Notes under the pieces: generated by a model
What the model was told of the DNA's origin: nothing
What the model saw: only the letters and a program-made list of their open reading frames with translations
Databases searched by the model: none
From: Chloropicon primus
Lineage: Eukaryota
DNA: 64,000 nt
NCBI GenBank assembly: GCA_023205875.1
Contig: CP060755.1
Coordinates: forward strand, 186,001 to 250,000
Direction of reading: 5' to 3'
Made by a program: the position numbers and the translations under genes
Part shown: positions 42,368 to 53,964 of the stretch, piece by piece
Layout of the letters: every line of letters begins with the position of its first letter
Numbering within the stretch: the first letter of the stretch is position 1

Positions 42368-43186
42368 TCAGAGATTGATCGCTTCGAGGAGCGTGTGGAA
42401 GCTCTTGATCTCCTCGATGACCGCGTCGGACGCCACGCAGTAGGTCTGGCTGCTGGCTTCTAGGCCCTTTGGGATCTGGAGGAGCGTGTCGAAGGACGTG
42501 AGGCGCAAATCCTCCTTGATCGGCTTGCTGCTCCCGTGCTTGTAGTACTGCACCCAAGGCAGCTTGGTGATGTCGTGGGAGTCGCTCACCCCCTTGCACT
42601 TGTCGTGGTGGACCCTGATGAAGTCCTTGTCGGGGTTCTCCGAGGCTATCTGAGCGCAGTGCACCGCCTCCTCCTTGCACGCCGAGCACTTGGGCGAGAA
42701 GTACATCACGATGACGTCCCTCCTGGCCGCCCTTGCCAGCCTCAGGGAGTGGTAGAACTCATCCGAGCACTCCGCGACCACGATGTTCGGGGAGCACTCC
42801 CTGACAACTTGCCACCACTGCACCCCCGCGTCGTAGATCAGTCTCCTCCTCTCCTTCCTCCTCTCCGCCCTCTGCCTCCTCTTCAGGGCGTCGGGGTGGC
42901 TGCTCTGCACCTGGCCCCCCTTCTCGATCTTGTACGACAGGGCGCGGGGCTCCGACGACGAGGGCGCCAGGATGTCCTCCACGAGCTCCGACGCCAGGCT
43001 CCTCTTCGACGGGAGCGCCGGGCGCTTCTGCGCCTGGCACGCCGTCGTCGTTCCCCGTCGCATCCTCTGGTGGGCCGCAGCGCCGCACGGCATCATCGTC
43101 ATCGTCGTCGTCGTCGTCGCCGTCGTCGTCGAGCAGCAGCGCACCGCGCCGGCGGTTCGACCGATCAAGGGCGTGCGCGAGATCAT
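42368..43186 (-). CDS. Atypical plastid thioredoxin-like protein (CSAC)
   Basis: VIVMYFSPKCSACK...FIRV...ITKLPWVQYY, preceded by a transit-peptide-like N-terminus. Confidence 0.7.
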   Translation of the reverse strand: MISRTPLIGRTAGAVRCCSTTTATTTTTMTMMPCGAAAHQRMRRGTTTACQAQKRPALPSKRSLASELVEDILAPSSSEPRALSYKIEKGGQVQSSHPDALKRRQRAERRKERRRLIYDAGVQWWQVVRECSPNIVVAECSDEFYHSLRLARAARRDVIVMYFSPKCSACKEEAVHCAQIASENPDKDFIRVHHDKCKGVSDSHDITKLPWVQYYKHGSSKPIKEDLRLTSFDTLLQIPKGLEASSQTYCVASDAVIEEIKSFHTLLEAINL

Positions 43187-44293
43187 GGTGATCGGGCGGC
43201 TACGTCTGAAGCGAAGCGAACGGAAACGCGATGACCCCACGTGGATGCGTGATCTCTGGATGCCTGAACGTTTCGCCGCTCACCCAGCGGAAACGAACGA
43301 ACGGGCGCGTCGCGTCGCGTGGTCCCAAGGCAGGCCCGTCGTGCGGTCCCAAGGAAGGGCGAGGGGCGAGGCTTGGCTTCAAGTAGGGCCTGCTGAAGCG
43401 TCGTCGTAGTGATGGCGGGCACTTCCTCTTCCCTTCTGGAAGCGAGGCGGAGCTGGCAAAGGGCGATGAAAAAGAGGGAAAAAAGATTTGGTGCTTGGTC
43501 CAGTGTATTTTCCATGTAAAAAAGTCGAGGGAGGTTCGTTTGGAACGATAAAATATCCAAAGGAATGTCACTCGTCGAACAGAGAGAGAGGCCAGGCGGC
43601 CTTGGCTCTTGACAGAGCCCTCGACGTTGGACAATTGTCCCTTGAGGCTGGACATGGTGGAAAACATGAGAGCGCACAAGAGAGGGCCTACCAATGGGGT
43701 CCTGTGGTTGGTATCAACTATCAAATTACGCGTAGAATCAAAACAAGATGTGCGAAGTAATTCTATTTTTAAAGGTAAAGGTTCACGAGAAGACTTGACT
43801 TCTGCCTTCACCATGAAATTTCACGATTGGGCGATTTCACCCGCCTGAAGAAATTTCTTCCTCCTCCCTTCTCTTTCTCTTTCTCTTTCTCTCCCCCTCC
43901 CCTCTCCCCCTCCCTCCCCTCTTCCTTTCCTTCCTTTCCAAGCTCCCGGGAAAAAAAGACCTCGAAAAGCAAAGGTTCCCCTCGTGGAGAGAGGAGAGAG
44001 GGGCTTCGAACACACAGCAAGGGGGGCGTAGAGAGGCACACCACACCAACTCCCACGGGTGCTGTAGACGGAGTGCGAGACTCCTCTAGGGGTCGATACC
44101 CTTGTTTTGCCATATTCGTTTGGCAAGACAAAGAAGACAAACAAACGATAGGGGGCGCGGAATCCGCGAGAAAGAAACTTTTTTGGAAACGAAAACGAAA
44201 CATTCTCGTTTTGCCCACCAAGTGAACTGGAACTTTTTTGCGTTGAAGGTGACTCCTTAGACATACTGAAAGACAACTGACCAAGAGACCACC

Positions 44294-45985
44294 ATGCTTC
44301 GCGTCAACGTGAGCTACACGCTCGAAGTGGAAGAGGACAACGAGGTACGTTGGCAACATTTCTCTCTCTCTCTCTACGAACGATTTCTGACTCCACTGGC
44401 TCTCTCTCTCTCCTAGGTGAACGACAGCGACGGGTACTACAGCTCGGACGACGAGGCTCAGCTGGACTCCCACTTCACCCACCTGCAGCTTTGCGATGAG
44501 GAGGACCTGTACAACACCACAATTCGAAGCGCGGAGCAGGCGCTGCTGACGATACACGGGAACTCCTTCTTGGACAGCGAGAACGAGGACTTGGGCCAGG
44601 AGTCCAACCTGAACTGCTTCGGGATATGCAACCACGAGATACTGAACCGAATCGAGTCGGACAACGAGAGCGTAAGCACCGACCGTGGGTCCCTGGAGGA
44701 GGACGAGGACGAGGACGAGGAGGACGAGGACGAGGGGGAGAACCTCTCGGAATTCGAGGACCAGCGGAGCTTCCACCTCTCGGCCTTGCCTTTCCGGAGC
44801 CAGCTTCAGGAGTCGGACCCTGAAAGGGACGAGAGCACGAGCAGCTGCAGGGGCTTGTACGGCCCACAGGAGTACGACGAGGATGACTTGCCGAACGTCC
44901 CCTACAGGCGGGTGGTGAGGCACCAGACTCGCTCCGGGTTCATGAGGCAGCTGCAGGCCGGGGGGTACCACCAGGCTGAGGACGAGGTGCCTCATGGAAG
45001 GGGTCGCGAGTCCCTGGAGACGCAGGAGGCCTCCTTGAGGATTCACCAGCTCTGCGAAGAAGGGGAGGGCGACGAGGATGACGTGCCGGGGTTGGAGGAA
45101 GGCGTGCCGCCGAACCACAGCCATGTGGGGTGCCAAATGGGAGGCACGATGCAGAGGCCACATCAGGCCTGCGGAGTCGGCTTCTTGAACCCTTTCGAGC
45201 TCGCTTGCGAGGTGCTCCGCTCCGCAAAGCAGGAGTTGGAGGGGAACGCCGACGAGAAATCGGGAGAGTCGGATTCTGGCTGCAGCTACAGCAATGCGGA
45301 GGACGCTGGCCCCTTCCCCAAGTCGACGAAGAGGGCCAAGCCAAAGGAGAGGGTAAAATTCGTGTGGCAACCCTACGAGTCCTTCTCTCAGTACAACTTC
45401 CACGCCATGTACAGCATGAAAAAGAAGAAGAAGTCCAGGGCGGAGAACCCCTTGCCTGCTGTGGGATCGGCCCTCACTGGTTTGGTGCACATGTACCCGA
45501 ACAAAGAGGCCGGGAAGCTCCCGCGCTGTTACTTCGCAAGCAAACAGCCTCCTGTGGAGTACATCAAGTGGAGGGAGCAGAAAGAGAGCGAAGGCCAGAA
45601 GAAGGTGGCTCTGGACCGGGGAGAGAAAGGCAAGCTCACCCTCAGAAGGGAGAGAACCAAGAGCCCTTTGCATGCGTCGATGCTCGTGGCAAAGCACTCG
45701 AGCAGAGCCATTGTCAACGCGTCCAAGGCTGGAGGCAAGACCGGTAGTAGTGTCATCGTGAACCACAGGAGGCCCTCGAGGACGGTTGGCCTTCATCCCC
45801 AGCACAACGGCAATGGCAGCTACCTGAGCAACAGCAGCCTGCTGCACGACTCCTCTGTTCTGGGAGGGAGAAAGGGCGTGGTTAGGGGATTAACGTTTGG
45901 AAGGACCTCGGAAGTGCGGGCAGTGCGGGCAGGGAGTACAAGCAGGGAGCTGCGAATTCAACCCATGGAGAGACGCAGGAGCTAA
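44294..45985 (+). CDS. Hypothetical acidic protein; intron 44345-44416
   Basis: A 17-codon first exon splices in frame (GTACGT..TAG) to a 522-codon ORF. Confidence 0.7.
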
Positions 45986-46079
45986 ACTTATTTCGCCGTA
46001 AACACTTTTTTATTACAAGGCACTACACTTTGTGCTTTCTTGTCGAGGACGAACAAACGCTGGTTGCGATACGTGTATC

Positions 46080-47657
46080 TCACCTAGCTGTCGCCGCTGC
46101 AATTACGGCCGTGCCTATCCCCGAACCGTCAGGGGAGTGAACAAGCTCCACCCTCTTTGCCTGCTCTTTTCCGAGCAGACTGATGAAGGTCTGTTGCATT
46201 CTCTCAGGGTAGCGTGGATAGTGCTCGAAGAGTCCCCCGTCCACAGCAACTACGAATCTCTGGTTCGGAGAGACCTGCTTTGACTGCATCAGGTACCTGT
46301 AAATCGCGGTAACCCCCGTTGCGGCCAAAGCTGCCGACCTGTCGCCGACGAGTTGACAAAGCCGAGAGACGAAACGAGCGCAACCATGGGTGATCTCGGC
46401 GCGGGGAATGTCCAAAGCTGCGGAGAGCTCCTTCTTCACCTGGTCGAGCTTCTCGGGCCCCAGACCATCGATCCGCGAGACCAGCGACGTCGGAAACGTC
46501 CATGCTTGCTGCAGTTTGTCCTTCTGAGACCCGCCGAAGAGGTTTCCCTCGGCGGAGGCCCTCAAGCACGCGAGCCTGACCATCTCCCCAAGGTACATGC
46601 CGCTGATCATTTTCTCAAAGTGCTGCTTGCCCTTGTTCGGGGTCCTCTCGTCCACCTCCCTGTCCTCCTCAAGGTAAGGCAAGCGACTCGACTTGAAGTT
46701 GCCCCACTCGATGTTCACGATCATCTTGTCCTCCTCTCGCTTCGTCTCTCCCCCTTGGAGCTTGGTGATTCTGCGCTTGCCCTCGATGTAAGCGGCGTTG
46801 GACCCGGTTCCCAAAATGACGCCCAGCTGCGTGTCCTGATCGATGAACTTGTGGGCCGCCAGGGTCCCCACTGTGTCGTTCACCATGGCGAAGACCTTTC
46901 CTTGGATCTTGTACTCGCTCAGGGAGCCCTCCAGCAACTCCACCAGGTCCTTCCCAAACGTGTCCTTGATGTCGAACCCTTTGTTCCAATTGACGATCTC
47001 CCCGTTCGCGAGTCCGGTCTGCTTCATGGGGTAAGAAAAGCAAAACCCTATCGGAATTTTTCCACCCTTGCCCTGGCCGCTCTGGGCAAGGGTGTTATGC
47101 TTGCCCAGGAACGTCTTGACCTGCCTCGCGATGAAGTCGAACAGCTCCTTGGTCGTCCCCACCATCAGCTCCTTGGGAATGGGATCCTCGTGGGCCACCA
47201 TCTCCCGCACTTGACCCCCCTTGAGAGCCAGCCTCACGACCCGGGAGTTGGTTCCACCGAGGTCAATGGCAAGAAACTCGCCCTCCTCCTTCCCGCACGG
47301 CATTTTCTCCACAAAGGACGGCAGCATCTTCAACTGCTGCTCCTCGCGCTCGAGCCCTTCCTCCATCCTGGCGAGGAAATCTTCGATGATACCCTCCATC
47401 TGCTTCTTCGTCAGCACGCACTTTCCCTCGTACCCCTCGAGCAAATCCACCTGCGTTTTCGTCATCACTCCCTTGTTGGCGTTTCCCTTTCCCCTCCTCC
47501 AAGGCGTTCTGTTCCTCTTCGTCCGGTTCCAAAAGTACAGCCCAACTCCCGCGCCTATCCCAAGGACTGCGGAGCACACCAAAAGCGACACGGACGACGC
47601 CCTACTCCCCGTCGTCGTCGCCGCTGTCGTCGTCTTCCTGTCCTCCTCCTTCACCAT
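46080..47657 (-). CDS. HXK: Hexokinase with N-terminal membrane anchor
   Basis: LKMLPSFV, LAIDLGGTN.RV, GFCFSYP, MVNDTVGTL, ILGTGSNAAY, NIEWGNF, FEKMISGMYLGE, DGSGIG. Confidence 0.96.
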   Translation of the reverse strand: MVKEEDRKTTTAATTTGSRASSVSLLVCSAVLGIGAGVGLYFWNRTKRNRTPWRRGKGNANKGVMTKTQVDLLEGYEGKCVLTKKQMEGIIEDFLARMEEGLEREEQQLKMLPSFVEKMPCGKEEGEFLAIDLGGTNSRVVRLALKGGQVREMVAHEDPIPKELMVGTTKELFDFIARQVKTFLGKHNTLAQSGQGKGGKIPIGFCFSYPMKQTGLANGEIVNWNKGFDIKDTFGKDLVELLEGSLSEYKIQGKVFAMVNDTVGTLAAHKFIDQDTQLGVILGTGSNAAYIEGKRRITKLQGGETKREEDKMIVNIEWGNFKSSRLPYLEEDREVDERTPNKGKQHFEKMISGMYLGEMVRLACLRASAEGNLFGGSQKDKLQQAWTFPTSLVSRIDGLGPEKLDQVKKELSAALDIPRAEITHGCARFVSRLCQLVGDRSAALAATGVTAIYRYLMQSKQVSPNQRFVVAVDGGLFEHYPRYPERMQQTFISLLGKEQAKRVELVHSPDGSGIGTAVIAAATAR

Positions 47658-47824
47658 GGCGCGCGCGACGGGATTGGATCTTCCCGCTCAATCACGGGTC
47701 ACGCTTGCGCCTTGTGGGGCGGCGACGAGAAGGAGAGGAGGGTACGTGCGCGGTGGACGGGAGGGGGAGAAGGGAGGAGGGCTTGGGGGATCAGGATCAC
47801 CCCTCATTGACACGAGAGAATACG

Positions 47825-48726
47825 ATGTTGAAGGGGTGCATGAAGCGTGCGAGGGACGAGGAGGACGGGGCAAAGGCTTGCGTCCTGGACGAGGAGGACT
47901 TCGACAGGATTCGCAAGGACATGAAGGAGTACGACCAGAAGAGGGAGACGCTGATCAAGACCTCGAGGGACGTGCAGAAGCTCAGCAAGCAGGCGATCTT
48001 CTCGCTCCACAGGAAGGACTTCGACAGGGCGAGGCAGCAGCTGGACGACGCGCAGGGCATCGCGGAGTCCCTGCTTCCCACGGTGGTGGCGGAGCCGACC
48101 CTCCGCCAAGGCTCGTATTCGAACGCCCTCGAGGAGTTCGCCGAGGCGAAGATCTTCCAACACTACTTGGAGGAGGGGAAACTCGTGGCCAGCACCGGGA
48201 TTAAGCTCGTGAAGAACGAGGAGTACCTCGGGGGGGTTCTCGACTTTTGCGGGGAGCTCAACCGCTTCGCGGTCCAGAGGGCCACCGCGAGGGCCGAGGC
48301 CGAGGTCCGATCGTGCCGGGATCTCGTGGAGGAGATCATGGACCAGTACCTCAAGTTCGACTTCCGCAACTCGCAGCTGAGGCGAAAGTACGACGGCCTC
48401 AAGTACACGCTGAAGAACATGGAGACCATGCTGTACGAGCTGTCGCTGTCGAAGGCTGGCGGGGATCATCTTCACGGCGGCGGGGCGGCCAAAAAGACCA
48501 AGATCAACGACAACGACTACAAGGTAAGGTGGTGGGAGAACAGCAACAATGCAAGGTGGCGGGATGGACTACCTGACACGTGCGACCTCTCCCCCCCCTC
48601 TCTCTCCCTCTGTGTGTGTGTGTGTGTGTGTGTGCTCTGTGCACTGCCTGCTCTTTGTGTGTTTTCGGTTTGTGTGTGCAGAAGGGCGCCAACAAGAAGA
48701 TTGACGACAACGACGACGACAACTAG
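47825..48726 (+). CDS. Translin/TRAX family protein; intron 48524-48681
   Basis: RE.LIK.SRDVQKLSKQAIFSLHR, ALEEFAEA, EYLGGVLDFCGELNRFAV, LRRKYDGLKY. Confidence 0.88.
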
Positions 48727-49357
48727 AGCTAGAGAGAGACGAAAAAAAAAAACCGCGCCGAGGGTGTCCACGAACACGGGAAAGAACGCGACAAGGAAGC
48801 GAGCGAGGAAAAAGCCCCAAGAGGGCGCAAAAAATGAAATAAATTGTGGTACTTGTGTCATACAAGTGCGGAAGATTCATTCGGCCCTTGGACCTCTTGA
48901 TGCTCTCCCTCAGGGCGTAGGTGCCCTGGTAATTCTTCGAAAAGCTCAAGGGCAGGTGCGTCTGCTTGTAGAGCAGTACCCATCACCCCTTGCCCCACAG
49001 GAACAGCTCGACGTACACCTGCGAGGCCCTGACACACCTTCGTCGCGAACGGGCTCCGGACGAGGCTCCTGTCGATGTAGTCCCCGTTAAGTATCCAGTC
49101 CCCGCTCGTTCTCCGGCATTCCCGCGGCGATGCCAAGTAGCCGAAGGTCTTGCTGCTGGGCCTCAGTCAAAGTGGCCTCGCCGTCCTGCAGAATGTTTTA
49201 CGTCTCTCGTCGAACACCGACGTCTCCAAGAAGCTCCCCCTCTGTCCAAGAAAGAGAAGCCCAATTTTTTTGATAACGGCTCATGCTTGCTTGCTTTCAG
49301 TCCTTGCTCTCAGTCCTTGCTCGAGTCCTGGCGCACTTGGACGACTTGACTTGAAGA

Positions 49358-50539
49358 ATGCACTTCTCGAAGTTCGCTGTTGCTGCGGCGGCCTTGGTGG
49401 CCGCCGCGTCGGCTCCCCTGGCCGTCGTTGTCGAGGGCGCGACCCACCCCCAGGACCTCGCGGCGCTGGCCAAGTTCAAGGAGGAAGCCCTCAAGATGTC
49501 GAACAACGACGCGAGGTGGAGGAAGGTTTTCGAGACGTGGGTCGGCGACGACCCCTGCGGCGCGGATTGGCACGGCGAGTGGCACGGCGTCCAGTGCCGC
49601 GAGCTGCAGGGGGTGAAGCAGTGGACCCTCCCGGACAACGTGTACAGGAGGGTGACCAACATGCACATCCCGGAGTGGGGTCTCCCGGGCCACCTTCCCG
49701 AGTCCCTGTGCCTCTTCGAGATGCTCGAGGAGCTCGACTTCGACGAGAACGAGTTCGAGGGCACCTTGCCCGCCTGCGTGGGTTGCTTGCCCCACCTCAG
49801 GGAGATCGACATCGAGGACAACAAGTTCACGGGGACCATCCCGAGGGAGTGGGGGAACCTGAAGAACCTCGTCGAGTTCGAGATCGACGGCAACGAGCTT
49901 CTGGCGGGCTGCATCCCGGAGGGCCTCCCGAAGGACGCCGAGTGGTGCGGGGACTGCTGGTCCACTTGCCCGTCCTACGACCCGTACTGCGGCTCGTACG
50001 ACTGCAAGAGCTGCGTGTCGTGGACGAAGGACCCCGAGATCGGCACGAGCTACGAGAACACGAGGATCAAGGGGGAGAGGTGCCCTAACGAGCCGAACCC
50101 TCCCGTGTGCCCTTGGGAGATCTTCAAGGAGGAGTTCGAGGCCCAGCAGGCCGAGCAGGAGGAGCAGCGCAAGCAGCGGGCCCTGGAGGCTCAGAGGAGG
50201 TTCCAGGAGGAGGAGAAGGAGAGCCTCACCGTCAGGAGCGTCGAGGCTGATCCCTCCACCGGCACATTCTTGATCGAGGCCCAGAAGGAGGCCGAGCCCG
50301 AGCCCGAGGTCGAGGTCGAGGTCGAGCCCGCCGCTCCCGAGAAGGAGGAGGCCGAGCCCGCTTCCCCGGGCGCGGCGGCGTGCGGTGATGCGAAGCCGAG
50401 GCTCACCATCGACAACGAGGAGTGCGTCTTCCCTTTCACCGTCATGGACCAGGTCCACTGCGACTGCATCGAGCACGACAACGACTCTTGGTGCACCGTC
50501 GCGGACGGGACCTGGAAGAAGTGCGCCCCCGACAACTGA
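49358..50539 (+). CDS. Secreted plant-type LRR protein with C-terminal fibronectin type II-like domain
   Basis: Signal peptide; DPC...WHGVQC cap; L..LD...N.F.GTLP repeats; CVFPF..CDCI...WC.V..GTWKKC. Confidence 0.8.
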   Translation: MHFSKFAVAAAALVAAASAPLAVVVEGATHPQDLAALAKFKEEALKMSNNDARWRKVFETWVGDDPCGADWHGEWHGVQCRELQGVKQWTLPDNVYRRVTNMHIPEWGLPGHLPESLCLFEMLEELDFDENEFEGTLPACVGCLPHLREIDIEDNKFTGTIPREWGNLKNLVEFEIDGNELLAGCIPEGLPKDAEWCGDCWSTCPSYDPYCGSYDCKSCVSWTKDPEIGTSYENTRIKGERCPNEPNPPVCPWEIFKEEFEAQQAEQEEQRKQRALEAQRRFQEEEKESLTVRSVEADPSTGTFLIEAQKEAEPEPEVEVEVEPAAPEKEEAEPASPGAAACGDAKPRLTIDNEECVFPFTVMDQVHCDCIEHDNDSWCTVADGTWKKCAPDN

Positions 50540-50652
50540 GGGGGTCCTGCTTTGAAAATAAGTGAAGGAAAGCAACGACAACAACAAGCCAGTAGTAGTC
50601 TGAAGATCAATTTTTTTTATCATTACAACAACATCAACAACACCCCACGCCG

Positions 50653-50692
<40 letters not shown>

Positions 50693-50753
50693 TCCTCTGT
50701 CCCTTCCAAAACTACTCCCCCCCCCCCGCCGCTCTCGCTTCTCTCCGAGGCGG

Positions 50754-51467
50754 TCACAGGATCTCGTCCATCTTGCTTCTCACCCCCTTGATGTCTTGCC
50801 AGGTGAGCGCCTTCGGGCTTCCGGGAGTCTTTTGCGGGTTTCTCAGGAGGTAGGACGGGTGGAACACGGGGATCATCCACTTGCCCTCGTGCTCGTACCA
50901 CTTGCCCCTGATCTGAGATATCGGCAGCCTGGCGTCCGGGGAGCAGATGCTTCTCAGGACCGTCTGGGCGGAGGTCCTCCCCACCAGCATGATGATGTAG
51001 GGGTCGATTAGCCTGATCTCCTCCGCTATCCAAGGCTTGTACGCCAAGATCTCCCACTTGAGCGGCGTCCTGTTGTTGGGCGGCCTCCTCTTCACTATGT
51101 TTGTTATGTACACGTCGTCCTCCTCAAAACCGACGGAGCCCAGAATGTTGTCCAGGAGCTGCCCCGACTTCCCCACGAACGGCTTGCCCTGCCGGTCCTC
51201 CTCGGCCCCCGGGGCCTCGCCTATCACCATGATCTTCGCCTCCGGGTTGCCCCTGTACGTCACGATCCTGCTCCCCGTCGTCTCCAGCGGGTCCCCCTTC
51301 AAAGATTTCATGCTCTCCATGAGAGCGTCGTGACTGCTGTAGTTCAGGCTCCTCCCGTTCGTCGTCCCGTTCACGAAGAAGCACCGCACGCCGAGCCGCC
51401 GGCCGTACCCGGCGCCGCACAGCGCCACGCACCGCACCGGCTTGATCCGCATTCGCATCGTCCTCAT
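50754..51467 (-). CDS. Family-4 uracil-DNA glycosylase with transit peptide
   Basis: IMVIGEAPGAEEDRQGKPFVGKSGQLLD, YITNIVK.RPPNNRTP, PVFHPSYLLRN. Confidence 0.92.
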   Translation of the reverse strand: MRTMRMRIKPVRCVALCGAGYGRRLGVRCFFVNGTTNGRSLNYSSHDALMESMKSLKGDPLETTGSRIVTYRGNPEAKIMVIGEAPGAEEDRQGKPFVGKSGQLLDNILGSVGFEEDDVYITNIVKRRPPNNRTPLKWEILAYKPWIAEEIRLIDPYIIMLVGRTSAQTVLRSICSPDARLPISQIRGKWYEHEGKWMIPVFHPSYLLRNPQKTPGSPKALTWQDIKGVRSKMDEIL

Positions 51468-51962
51468 CGCAGCAACAGCAGCAGCAGCTACCCCCTCAAT
51501 AAAATGTGTGAGAGAGAAAGAGAGCGAGAAAGAGAGCGAGAGAGCGAGAGAGCGTGAGAGGAATGAGTTCCCCCCTTGTACCCCTCCCCTTCGCCCTTCG
51601 TCCTCGCCGTCGTCCGTCCACTTCGTCGACCGACCGACCGACCCCGACACGACTGCCAAGTTCCCCCTCTAGGGCGAGATTTGGATGTAAAGCTTCGAAC
51701 ACCCCATGTTCGTCTCCCGATGCACTCGAGGGAGAATTTTCATTCCTGGAGAGCGATAGCGATGAAAACGAGAGACGTAACGCACGGAGAGGGAGAGGGG
51801 GACGTCAACAAGCGAGAGCAAGTCAGAAGAGAAGGACTGGGCGCGCGAGAGAGACAGCGTGTTTCTTTTCGGTGGCCATTGCGGGGATTCTAACCCTTTG
51901 GTGGCGATCGAATTCGACTTGGCGGCTCGAGAGAGAGGGAGGGAGGTGTGTTGTGTGTGAGG

Positions 51963-53810
51963 ATGAGCATGAGCATGAGGGTGGTGGCCGCCACGGCCTT
52001 TCTGGGGGTCTTGGCCTCGGGCGCGTGGGCTCAGCAGCCGACCCCGACGACGGTCACGCACGTGATGCCGAACGAGAGGTGCCGCATGCAGTCCGGGTCG
52101 GCCCACGGGTACTGCGGGCTGCCCTACGAGCTGAGCAACTTCCAGGGCAGGCACGAGTGCGACGACAGGGTTTGGATTGGGCGGCCCACGAGCGTTGCGG
52201 AGATGCAGCAGATGGTCGCGATGGCCGACAAGGCGAAGGGCCTCGGGGTGGGGCACTCCTGGTACAGGGAGCTCTTCTGCCCCGCGAACAACGCGTCGGG
52301 CATCGGAATCGTGACGACGGAGCTGGCCGACCTCAGGGTGCCGATCCCCGTCGCCGCCGTCTCTGACGGGTACTCGAACCCCTTGGGGGAGGGCGTCGCG
52401 TACGCCCCAGAGTTCCCCACGAGCTACCCCATCTGGGTGGACGAGAGGGCGGAGACCGTGAGGGTTGCCGCGGGGGTGACCCAGAGGACCCTGCTGGACT
52501 ACCTCTCGACGTACAAGGGGCCGAGCGACCTCGCGAACGGGAAGGGCTGGACCCTCCCCGCGTTCTCCTGGTTCATCGACCAGACCATCGCCGGGGCCGT
52601 CGCGACGGGGACCCACGGCAGCTCCCTCGAGCACGGCAGCCTGTCCGACCAGGTCCTGAGCTTCCAGGTCGTGGTGGCCAACGGGTCCCTCGTGGAGATC
52701 TCCCACGAGTCTCACCCCCACCTGATGAAGGCGATGAAGGTGAACCTCGGCCGCCTGGGAATCGTGACCGAGATGACGATGAAGATCATTCCCCAGACCG
52801 CGGTCAGGAGGACTCTGGAGACCCTGGACTGGGTGGGGTACGTGGCGCGCATGAAGCAGATTCAGGGCGACTACGTCAGCGCCCTGAGGACCGGCCGCCA
52901 CGCCAACGTCAAGAGGGCCCTCGAGCCCCTCTGGGACACCCAGATCCAGTACCACGCCGCCCTCGGCCAGGTGTGGTGGGCGGACTACAAGAGGCTCGAC
53001 GAGTCGGAGGCCCAGGCGTCCGCGTTCGACGGCCCCGGGGCCACCGCCCAGGTCACGAACATCTTCAACCAGGACTACTTTGGCGGCACGCCGCCCTCGA
53101 TGTTCATGGCCACGATGCAGAACGCCAGGTTCTGGAACAACTGGTTCCAGGGCGTGATCCGGGGCAACTTCGCGAGCGGGACCTTCCCCCAGAGGAGGGC
53201 GTACGTCAGCCTGAGCGACGGGCAGAACCGCATGCACGCCATCAACCCGTACGACCAGTACGAGGTCTCCATCCCCCTCACCACGATGGGGGACTGCCTG
53301 GAGGACCTCGGCCACCTGATGTACGGGCCCTACGCCCTCTGGACCGGAACGAGGACCCCGTTCCTCACCCGATTCGTCAAGGGGGAGGACGCCTACCTGT
53401 CGAACAACCACGGGGGGCCCCGCATGCACATGAACTTGGAGGACTTTGTGCTCTACAGCACCGGCCGCCGCAACGCCGCGTTCCAGGGGATCATGAACTT
53501 CTTCAGGACCAGCGACAAGTGCAAGGCTCGCCTCCACTTCGGGAAGGCCGGCTGGATCGAGCACGGCCAGTGCTTTGACGGCGCGACCGAGTACCCGGAC
53601 TCCTGGTGCGACTTTGGCTGCGCGGCCCACGAGCTCGATCCGACGAGGAAGTTCGAGTCCACTGTGGACTTTTGGCAGTTCACCGCGAGGAGGGACGGGA
53701 AGGACCACGACATTCTCACCCCGAGGGGGCACCACGCGTGCTGCACGAGACACGGGTTCAAGCACGACAAGTGCCAGTGCGTGCCAAGGAAGCCGTGCAG
53801 CAGCGCGTAA
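51963..53810 (+). CDS. Secreted FAD-binding L-gulonolactone/arabinonolactone oxidase-like protein
   Basis: GVGHSW, VRVAAG, QTIAGAVATGTHGSS, LGRLGIVTE, ARLHFGK; signal peptide. Confidence 0.85.
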   Translation: MSMSMRVVAATAFLGVLASGAWAQQPTPTTVTHVMPNERCRMQSGSAHGYCGLPYELSNFQGRHECDDRVWIGRPTSVAEMQQMVAMADKAKGLGVGHSWYRELFCPANNASGIGIVTTELADLRVPIPVAAVSDGYSNPLGEGVAYAPEFPTSYPIWVDERAETVRVAAGVTQRTLLDYLSTYKGPSDLANGKGWTLPAFSWFIDQTIAGAVATGTHGSSLEHGSLSDQVLSFQVVVANGSLVEISHESHPHLMKAMKVNLGRLGIVTEMTMKIIPQTAVRRTLETLDWVGYVARMKQIQGDYVSALRTGRHANVKRALEPLWDTQIQYHAALGQVWWADYKRLDESEAQASAFDGPGATAQVTNIFNQDYFGGTPPSMFMATMQNARFWNNWFQGVIRGNFASGTFPQRRAYVSLSDGQNRMHAINPYDQYEVSIPLTTMGDCLEDLGHLMYGPYALWTGTRTPFLTRFVKGEDAYLSNNHGGPRMHMNLEDFVLYSTGRRNAAFQGIMNFFRTSDKCKARLHFGKAGWIEHGQCFDGATEYPDSWCDFGCAAHELDPTRKFESTVDFWQFTARRDGKDHDILTPRGHHACCTRHGFKHDKCQCVPRKPCSSA

Positions 53811-53964
53811 AAAGTAGAGACATATTTTTATATTTGTGGGTGGGTGATCATGGGGGGGCGGGATCAAGGTTCGTCTCACCGGCAGTAGCAGCGCAAGGTG
53901 GAGTCCTCGCGCGCACGGGAGGACAACTCAAAAAGCGTTACTTATACTTATTTTATTTATACAT

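Noticed and set aside
43400..44290. Long intergenic region as a possible ncRNA locus
   Set aside because: Only short weak hairpins; no recognisable tRNA, snRNA or snoRNA motifs.
43808..45847. 679-aa minus-strand ORF
   Set aside because: Antisense shadow of the plus-strand gene in GC-rich DNA; no motifs.
51669..53879. 736-aa minus-strand ORF and similar long antisense ORFs (29142-30653, 32375-33679, 46353-47810)
   Set aside because: Shadows of recognisable genes, caused by high third-position GC.
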